Origin: a virus
IMG/VR virus record: IMGVR_UViG_3300021092_000008
Length of the DNA stretch: 64,000 nucleotides
Reading direction: 5' to 3' (one strand)
The notes beneath the pieces were generated by a model. The model worked only from the letters and a program-made list of their open reading frames with translations. It was not told the origin of the DNA and ran no database searches. Position numbers and translations under genes: made by a program. Positions 58,257 to 64,000 of this stretch are shown here, in pieces (positions within the stretch are counted from its first letter, which is position 1; the number at the start of each line of letters is the position of its first letter).

Positions 58257-59663
58257 ATGTTTAACGCTAAACTTCTCCAGGAAAAGTGGGCACCTGTTCT
58301 AAATCACTCGGAAGCTCCCGCTATCCAAGATCGTTACAAGCAGGCTGTTACCGCTGTTCTCCTGGAAAATCAAGAAAGAGCCCTACGTGAAGAGCGTAAC
58401 ATCCTCAATGAGGTTGCTGTAAACTCACTAGGCGCTGGAACTATTGATCCAGCTGGTTCAGCTCTATCAACCGCCAACACTGGTGGACTTGCTGGTTTCG
58501 ATCCAATTCTAATCAGCCTAGTTCGTCGTTCAATGCCAAACCTCATGGCTTATGACGTTTGTGGTGTTCAACCAATGAGCGGTCCTAATGGACTTATCTT
58601 TGCCATGAGATCACGTTACGAGAATCAAGCTGGCGAAGAAGCTCTATTCAACGAACCAGATACTGGATTCACTGCTGGTTACGACGCAACTACTGGCGCT
58701 TACACCCCAAGAACTGGTGCTGGTGTTGGTGGAGATTCTGAAGGTAACAATCCTTCTCTACTTAACGACGCTACCCCTGGCACTTATGAAGTTGCTCGTG
58801 GTATGAGCCGTGAAGACCTAGAAAGAATGGGCGAGTCAGGTCGTCTATTCCGTGAGATGTCATTCAGCATCGAGAAGACTTCGGTTACCGCCAAGTCAAG
58901 AGCCCTCAAAGCTGAGTACACTCTAGAACTTGCTCAAGACCTTAAGGCTATTCATGGTCTTGATGCTGAGCAAGAACTTGCTAACATTCTTTCAAGTGAA
59001 GTTCTTGCCGAAATCAACCGTGAAGTTGTTCGTACCGTTTACCGTGTTGCCAAGAAAGGCGCTCAGAATAACGTTGCTACCGCTGGTGTATTTGACCTCG
59101 ACGTTGATTCCAACGGTCGTTGGACGGTTGAAAAGTGGAAGGGTCTACTCTTCCAGATTGAAAGAGATTGTAACGCTATTGCCCAAGACACTCGTAGAGG
59201 CAAGGGTAACTTCCTCATCTGCTCAGCTGACGTTGCTTCAGCTCTAGCGATGGCTGGTACTCTCGATTATTCCTCAGGTCTCGGCGGCGCTGGTGGTCCT
59301 TCCCTCAGTGGTGTTGATGACACTGGCAACCTTGCTGTTGGTACAATCAATGGTAGAATCAAGGTCTTTGTTGATCCTTATGCTGCTAATGTTTCTGATA
59401 AGCATTACTACCTCGTAGGTTATAAGGGTTCTTCACCATATGACGCTGGATTCTTCTACTGCCCATATGTACCCCTCCAGATGCTCCGTTCGATTGATCC
59501 TAACACCTTCCAGCCTAAAATTGGCTTCAAGACTCGTTACGGCATGGTATCGAACCCATTCGTCACCACCAACGGTGCTTACAACGGCACTCCAGATGGC
59601 GAGACTCTCACCCCTAATGCTAACATGTACTACAGAAGAGTACAAGTTAAGAACCTCATGTGA
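58257..59663 (+). CDS. gp23: Major capsid protein gp23
   Basis: LQEKWAPVL, LLENQE, GVQPMSGPNGLIFAMR, KSRALKAEYTLELAQDLKAIHGLDAEQEL, YCPYVPLQ, FQPKIGFKTRYG. Confidence 0.99.
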   Translation: MFNAKLLQEKWAPVLNHSEAPAIQDRYKQAVTAVLLENQERALREERNILNEVAVNSLGAGTIDPAGSALSTANTGGLAGFDPILISLVRRSMPNLMAYDVCGVQPMSGPNGLIFAMRSRYENQAGEEALFNEPDTGFTAGYDATTGAYTPRTGAGVGGDSEGNNPSLLNDATPGTYEVARGMSREDLERMGESGRLFREMSFSIEKTSVTAKSRALKAEYTLELAQDLKAIHGLDAEQELANILSSEVLAEINREVVRTVYRVAKKGAQNNVATAGVFDLDVDSNGRWTVEKWKGLLFQIERDCNAIAQDTRRGKGNFLICSADVASALAMAGTLDYSSGLGGAGGPSLSGVDDTGNLAVGTINGRIKVFVDPYAANVSDKHYYLVGYKGSSPYDAGFFYCPYVPLQMLRSIDPNTFQPKIGFKTRYGMVSNPFVTTNGAYNGTPDGETLTPNANMYYRRVQVKNLM

Positions 59664-59681
59664 TTCATCACTGGTTCATCT

Positions 59682-59705
59682 AGACCCCTTCGGGGGTCTT
59701 TTTTT
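59682..59705 (+). terminator. Rho-independent terminator after gp23
   Basis: AGACCCC-TTCG-GGGGTCT followed by a T-tract. Confidence 0.92.
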
Positions 59706-59710
59706 ATGCA

Positions 59711-59718
59711 GATAAATA
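59711..59718 (+). promoter_or_regulatory. Late promoter variant GATAAATA upstream of gp3
   Basis: Immediately after the terminator, where it could restart late transcription. Confidence 0.65.
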
Positions 59719-59739
59719 GTAGTAGCTTGGGAAGTTGAC

Positions 59740-60249
59740 ATGCCTGCCAAATGGTTTGATGAACAACCAAAAAATAGGAATTTCTTAACTCCTATTGGTT
59801 TTAAATTAAATTTAGAAATTTTTAATAGTGTAGATTTTTTCTGCCAATCAATAAATCTTCCTGATGTAAACATGCCGTTTACTGACGTACCAACAAGATT
59901 TAGATCGTTTCCAATTGTTCCTGGTGGTGGAATGCAATTTGGTGATCTAAGAATTAGATTTATTATTGATGAAGATTTACACAATTATAACTCTATTCAT
60001 TCGTGGATCAAAAAAAATTCTGGGGCTAACGAACATCCAGATATGCCAGAGTATTCACATGGTCAATTGTTTATTCTGACATCTAATTTTAATACAAATA
60101 GAATTGTAGATTTTGAAAATTTATTTCCTATTAGTTTAACTGATATTACTTTTGATTCTACAGCAACCGATGTAGAATATTTTACTGCTGACATATCATT
60201 CAAATTTACTGACTACACTATTCGTGATAAAAACTTTAAACCAATATGA
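59740..60249 (+). CDS. gp3: Tail tube terminator / completion protein gp3
   Basis: NRNFLTPIGFK, FFCQSINLP, FIIDEDLHNY, LFPISL. Position after gp23. Confidence 0.88.
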   Translation: MPAKWFDEQPKNRNFLTPIGFKLNLEIFNSVDFFCQSINLPDVNMPFTDVPTRFRSFPIVPGGGMQFGDLRIRFIIDEDLHNYNSIHSWIKKNSGANEHPDMPEYSHGQLFILTSNFNTNRIVDFENLFPISLTDITFDSTATDVEYFTADISFKFTDYTIRDKNFKPI

Positions 60250-60722
60250 AATTTGAAACTATAGTATCTCTCTTTGAAGGCATAAAAAATCAATGGAAAG
60301 AAGATTCAGAAATTGATTTCCAATTTAAAAATAAACAATATTCGGAAGATCTAGCAAGGTTATCTTTAGAGATACCTTTTCAACACAATAAATATTTAAA
60401 CCATTATACAGATCTTAATGGTATTAAAACCAGTTTAGAATTTAATCTTAGAAAATTAATAAAAAATAAAAGAGAATATTACGGCGGCGAAGCAGACGCT
60501 AAAGTATATGCCGAAAAACCATTTGGATCTAGTATTAAAACATCAGACAAGATGAGAGTTTATCTTGAATCAGATGAGGATATTATTAATTTAGAAGCAA
60601 AAATTAAATACGTAGACCAAGCATTATATTTTCTAGATCAGGTTTTAAGAATGATTTCGCAAAGAAATTATCACATTAAGAATGCTATTGAATGGGAAAA
60701 ATTCATCAATGGAAATACATGA
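60246..60722 (+). CDS. uvsY: Recombination mediator UvsY
   Basis: WKEDSEID, IPFQHNKY, YYGG, RNYHIKNAIEWEKF. Directly upstream of uvsW. Confidence 0.9.
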   Translation: MKFETIVSLFEGIKNQWKEDSEIDFQFKNKQYSEDLARLSLEIPFQHNKYLNHYTDLNGIKTSLEFNLRKLIKNKREYYGGEADAKVYAEKPFGSSIKTSDKMRVYLESDEDIINLEAKIKYVDQALYFLDQVLRMISQRNYHIKNAIEWEKFINGNT

Positions 60723-62185
60723 TGTCAAATATTATCATCCGTAAGAAGAACGAAGTCTTTTTAAAGTTGGAGTCCGAACCTCATGTTCATCGTGAGTTGT
60801 CGGACTATTTTTCTTTTGAAATGCCAGAAGCAAAATTTTTAAAAAGAAATCCTAGATATCGTTATTGGGATGGGGTCATTCATTTGTATTCCCCAGGTAC
60901 AGGAGAATTATATGGCGGGTTACTTCCCCATTTAAAACAATGGTGTCAAGAAAGAAGTTACCAGTTATCTTATGAAACAGATAAATGGTATGGCGATGTA
61001 GAAGAAAAAAATCAAATGGTTTCTCCCGCTGGGGTTAAAGTGTTTATGGATAAGATCTGTAAATTTGCTCCTAGAGATTACCAGTACTCAACTGTATATC
61101 AAGCATTAAAAAATAATAGAGGGTTGTTTTTATCTCCTACAGGATCTGGTAAATCATTAATGATCTATTCGATTGTGAGATATTATGTAGCTACGGGAAA
61201 GAAAATTTTATTAGTTGTTCCTACTACTTCTCTCGTTGAACAAATGGTAAAAGATTTTGGAGAATATGGTTGGAGCACCGAGGAGAATGTACATACAATA
61301 TATTCGGGCAAAGATAAGAACACAGATAAGCCTGTCATCATTTCTACATGGCAGTCAATCTACAAATTCCCCAAAAGGTATTTTGACGATATTGACTGTG
61401 TTATTGGCGATGAAGCACACCTATTTAAGTCAAAGTCCCTCACAGGAATTATGACAAAACTTCATAATGCCAAGTATCGTTTTGGATTTACTGGAACATT
61501 AGATGGATCTAAGACACATAAGTGGGTGCTAGAAGGATTGTTTGGTGCCTGTGAAAAAGTTACAAAGACTGATGATCTAATTAAACAAGGGCACCTATCA
61601 AATCTTCGTATCAAAATTCTTGTATGTAAACACGAGTATCAATATTTTGAAGACTATCATTCTGAAATTGAATACTTAGTGAACAATCGTAAAAGAAACA
61701 ATTTAATTAAAAACCTTGTACGTGATTTAGAAGGCAACACATTAGTTTTATTTAACTATGTCGAGAAACATGGTGAACCTTTGTATGAATTAATAAATAA
61801 TGATATCGGAGAAAAAAGAAAAATTTTCTTCGTACACGGTTCCGTTGATGTTGAAAATAGAGAGCAAGTTAGAGTAATTACTGAGCAAGAAAATGATGCT
61901 GTAATTATTGCTTCTTACGGAACATTCTCAACTGGAATTAATATTAAAAGATTACACAATATTGTATTTGCTTCACCATCTAAATCAAGAATTAGAAATC
62001 TTCAGTCAATCGGAAGAGTTCTTCGTAAAGGTGAAGGAAAAGATATAGCAACTCTTTATGATATAGCTGATGATATATCAAATGGTAATCGTCAAAATTA
62101 TACTTTAAATCATTTGGTAGAACGCATCAAAATTTATCAAGAAGAAAATTTTAAATACGAAACTATAACAATAAATTTAAAATAA
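60719..62185 (+). CDS. uvsW: SF2 DNA helicase UvsW
   Basis: PRDYQ, SPTGSGKS, GDEAH, GFTGT, ASYGTFSTGINI, LQSIGRVLR. Start placed at the ATG overlapping the uvsY stop. Confidence 0.96.
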   Translation: MMSNIIIRKKNEVFLKLESEPHVHRELSDYFSFEMPEAKFLKRNPRYRYWDGVIHLYSPGTGELYGGLLPHLKQWCQERSYQLSYETDKWYGDVEEKNQMVSPAGVKVFMDKICKFAPRDYQYSTVYQALKNNRGLFLSPTGSGKSLMIYSIVRYYVATGKKILLVVPTTSLVEQMVKDFGEYGWSTEENVHTIYSGKDKNTDKPVIISTWQSIYKFPKRYFDDIDCVIGDEAHLFKSKSLTGIMTKLHNAKYRFGFTGTLDGSKTHKWVLEGLFGACEKVTKTDDLIKQGHLSNLRIKILVCKHEYQYFEDYHSEIEYLVNNRKRNNLIKNLVRDLEGNTLVLFNYVEKHGEPLYELINNDIGEKRKIFFVHGSVDVENREQVRVITEQENDAVIIASYGTFSTGINIKRLHNIVFASPSKSRIRNLQSIGRVLRKGEGKDIATLYDIADDISNGNRQNYTLNHLVERIKIYQEENFKYETITINLK

Positions 62186-62580
62186 TGGAAGAAGAATTTT
62201 ATTCAATTATAAAATTAGTATCAGGTGAAGAAATTATTGCTAAAGTATGTTACTTGCCAGATGAAGATAGTTTATTAATTGAAAATCCTTTAAAGGTAGA
62301 AAGAATGTCACATAAGAAAGGATCTCATTCTGATGGGTTTACTCTCAACGAATGGATCCATGCTACTTATGATAATATGTTTGTAATACCTAAAAGTGCT
62401 GTTATTACAATGACTGAACTAGATAAAAAAATTGAAGGGTATTACATCAGAATGGTAAACAATGAAGAACTATCTAATGAAGTTGATGTGAAACCAGAAC
62501 GTTTATCTAAACGAATGGGTTACTTAGGATCAGTAACTGATACTAAAAAATACTTAGAAGATATATTTAAAAGAAGCTAA
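62185..62580 (+). CDS. Conserved cyanophage protein with Sm-like N-terminal fold
   Basis: IKLVSGEEIIAKV...IENP...W and terminal MGYLGSV...LEDIF. Lies between uvsW and gp55. Confidence 0.75.
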   Translation: MEEEFYSIIKLVSGEEIIAKVCYLPDEDSLLIENPLKVERMSHKKGSHSDGFTLNEWIHATYDNMFVIPKSAVITMTELDKKIEGYYIRMVNNEELSNEVDVKPERLSKRMGYLGSVTDTKKYLEDIFKRS

Positions 62581-62612
62581 AAGCTATATATCCTTTGAAC
62601 CCTGACAGAGTT

Positions 62613-62641
62613 ATTGTACTGGGTTTTTGAGATCTTGTCAA
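62613..62641 (-). promoter_or_regulatory. Sigma70-like promoter on the minus strand (antisense)
   Basis: Reverse complement reads TTGACA (62641-62636), 17 bp spacer, TACAAT (62618-62613). Confidence 0.65.
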
Positions 62642-62647
62642 GCCCCC

Positions 62648-62676
62648 TTGACATTTTGTGAGGAATCCTTTATACT
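62648..62676 (+). promoter_or_regulatory. Host sigma70-like early/middle promoter driving gp55 and gp47
   Basis: TTGACA (62648-62653), 17 bp spacer, TATACT (62671-62676), 22 bp upstream of the ATG at 62699. Confidence 0.88.
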
Positions 62677-62698
62677 CGTATCAAGACTAACAAATCAT

Positions 62699-63190
62699 AT
62701 GAGCAAGAAAAATACAGAGTATTATGTAAATAACAAAGAATTTTTAGAAGCAATAACTGTGTTTAAAAAACAAGTTAATGAAGCTAAGAAAAACGATCTT
62801 GCTCGCCCACGTATCACTAGGTATATTGGTGATTGTTTTTTAAAGATCGCTACACATTTATCCTATAAACCAAACTTTGTCAACTATACTTTTAGAGATG
62901 ACATGATCTCCGATGGTGTAGAAAATTGTGTACAATACATTGATAACTTTGATCCAGAAAAATCACAGAATCCGTTTGCTTATTTCACACAAATTATTTA
63001 CTATGCCTTCTTAAGAAGGATTCAAAAAGAAAAGAAACAGTTAGAAATTAAAAATAAAATTTTAGAAAAGTCTGGATACGACCATGTAATGTATACAGAA
63101 AGCTACAATGGAGATATGGCTGGTATGAATTCCAGTTATTCTGATATGACAGGCATCAAAGAATCACTTGAGATTAGGAACAAAAGATGA
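62699..63190 (+). CDS. gp55: Late-transcription sigma factor gp55
   Basis: YYVNNKEFL, KIATHLSYKPNFVNY, DDMISDG, NFDPEKSQNPFAYFTQIIYYAFLRRIQKEK. ATG at 62699 chosen because the track start lies inside the promoter region. Confidence 0.96.
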   Translation: MSKKNTEYYVNNKEFLEAITVFKKQVNEAKKNDLARPRITRYIGDCFLKIATHLSYKPNFVNYTFRDDMISDGVENCVQYIDNFDPEKSQNPFAYFTQIIYYAFLRRIQKEKKQLEIKNKILEKSGYDHVMYTESYNGDMAGMNSSYSDMTGIKESLEIRNKR

Positions 63191-64000
63191 CAATTGCTCT
63201 TATTACAGATCAACATTTAGATGGTCGTAAAGGAAGTTTAGTTTTTTGGGAATACTTTAAAAAGTTTTACGATGAAATTTTCTTCCCCACACTTAAAAAA
63301 CATAATATCAAAACTGTTATTGATCTTGGAGACACATTCGATAATAGAAAGAGTATTGATTTTAATGTTTGGAATCGTATTCGGAAGCATTATTTTGATC
63401 GCCTCAGGGATTCTGGTATTTCCGTTCATATGATTCTTGGTAATCATTGTACATACTATAAAAATACAAACGAGATCAACTCCCCAGAACTTCTTTTACA
63501 GGAATACGATAACATTCAAATCTATTCCAAACCAGAGACAGTAATGATTGATGGCACTAAAATTCTTATGATGCCATGGATCAATTCTTCTAACATGGAA
63601 GAAACAATGGCATGGATTAATGATACCAGTGCTGAGATTGCTATGGGTCATTTAGAACTGAATGGATTTGTAGTTACCCCAGGAACAAAAATGGATCATG
63701 GTATGGATCCTTCCATCTTTAAAAAATTCAAACAAGTATTCTCTGGGCACTTTCATCATAAATCTTCTAGAGGAAACATTACCTACTTAGGTAATCCTTA
63801 CCAAATGTTTTGGAACGATTATAAAGACGAGCGAGGATTTCATCTCTATGAACCAAAGACCAATAAACTCAAGCGGGTCAAGAACCCTTATGAGATTTTC
63901 CAGAAAGTATTTTATAATGATTCTACTGGTTCTCATCTCAGCATCGATCCCTCTCAGTTTACAAATTCTTATGTCAAGATTATCGTAGAAGAGAAAAAAG
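63187..64000 (+). CDS. gp47: Recombination endonuclease subunit gp47 (Mre11/SbcD-like), partial at the 3' end; missing from the ORF track
   Basis: Manual translation from ATG 63187: MTIALITDQHLDGRK...DLGDTFDNRK...ILGNH...PWIN...MGHLEL...SGHFH...YLGNPY, which are metallophosphoesterase motifs. Confidence 0.95.
   Translation, partial: MTIALITDQHLDGRKGSLVFWEYFKKFYDEIFFPTLKKHNIKTVIDLGDTFDNRKSIDFNVWNRIRKHYFDRLRDSGISVHMILGNHCTYYKNTNEINSPELLLQEYDNIQIYSKPETVMIDGTKILMMPWINSSNMEETMAWINDTSAEIAMGHLELNGFVVTPGTKMDHGMDPSIFKKFKQVFSGHFHHKSSRGNITYLGNPYQMFWNDYKDERGFHLYEPKTNKLKRVKNPYEIFQKVFYNDSTGSHLSIDPSQFTNSYVKIIVEEKK

Noticed and set aside
59664-59739. Absence of gp24 after gp23 as a novelty
   Set aside because: The order gp23-gp3-uvsY-uvsW is normal for T4-like cyanophages.
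49330-62185. Introns or inteins in gp17, gp20, gp23 or uvsW
   Set aside because: The ORFs are continuous and of ordinary length, with no intein or homing endonuclease motifs seen.
62627-62698. N-terminal extension of gp55 in the ORF track
   Set aside because: It spans the sigma70 promoter, so ATG 62699 is the plausible start. Similar over-extended starts were corrected at 45025, 49047, 50964 and 60692.
132-63447. Numerous 60-200 aa minus-strand and alternate-frame ORFs in the track
   Set aside because: All overlap long, recognisable + strand genes. They are shadows of biased codon usage and repeats, with no recognisable motifs. The ORF at 63238-63447 is the shadow of gp47.
1-64000. tRNA, rRNA or mobile elements
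   Set aside because: Intergenic gaps are mostly under 100 bp. No cloverleaf, rRNA-like, transposase or integrase sequence was seen.

Overview
This 64 kb window is AT-rich and coded almost entirely on the + strand. It is the virion-structural (late) region of a T4-like cyanomyovirus. Gene order: end of a gp7-like baseplate wedge gene, gp8, a DUF4815/VrlC-like structural protein, two giant fibre genes (3756 aa and 5704 aa), a CpcT/CpeT-type bilin lyase, gp13-gp23, gp3, uvsY, uvsW, an Sm-like gene, the late sigma factor gp55 and the start of gp47. T4 late promoters (TATAAATA and variants) and two cUUCGg terminators are present. The main observation is in the 5704-aa fibre. It carries an array of 12 domains that resemble the globin core of beta-phycocyanin. 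Each has a C-x-R-D motif (beta-82/84-like), a second Cys (beta-153/155-like) and the helix-A Asp. The domains are nested inside one another, and the whole array is inserted into a beta-helix. The gene lies about 300 bp upstream of a T-type lyase, the family that attaches bilin at beta-153/155. This suggests a possible bilin-decorated virion fibre with its own lyase. That is a hypothesis from manual motif comparison; no searches were run.
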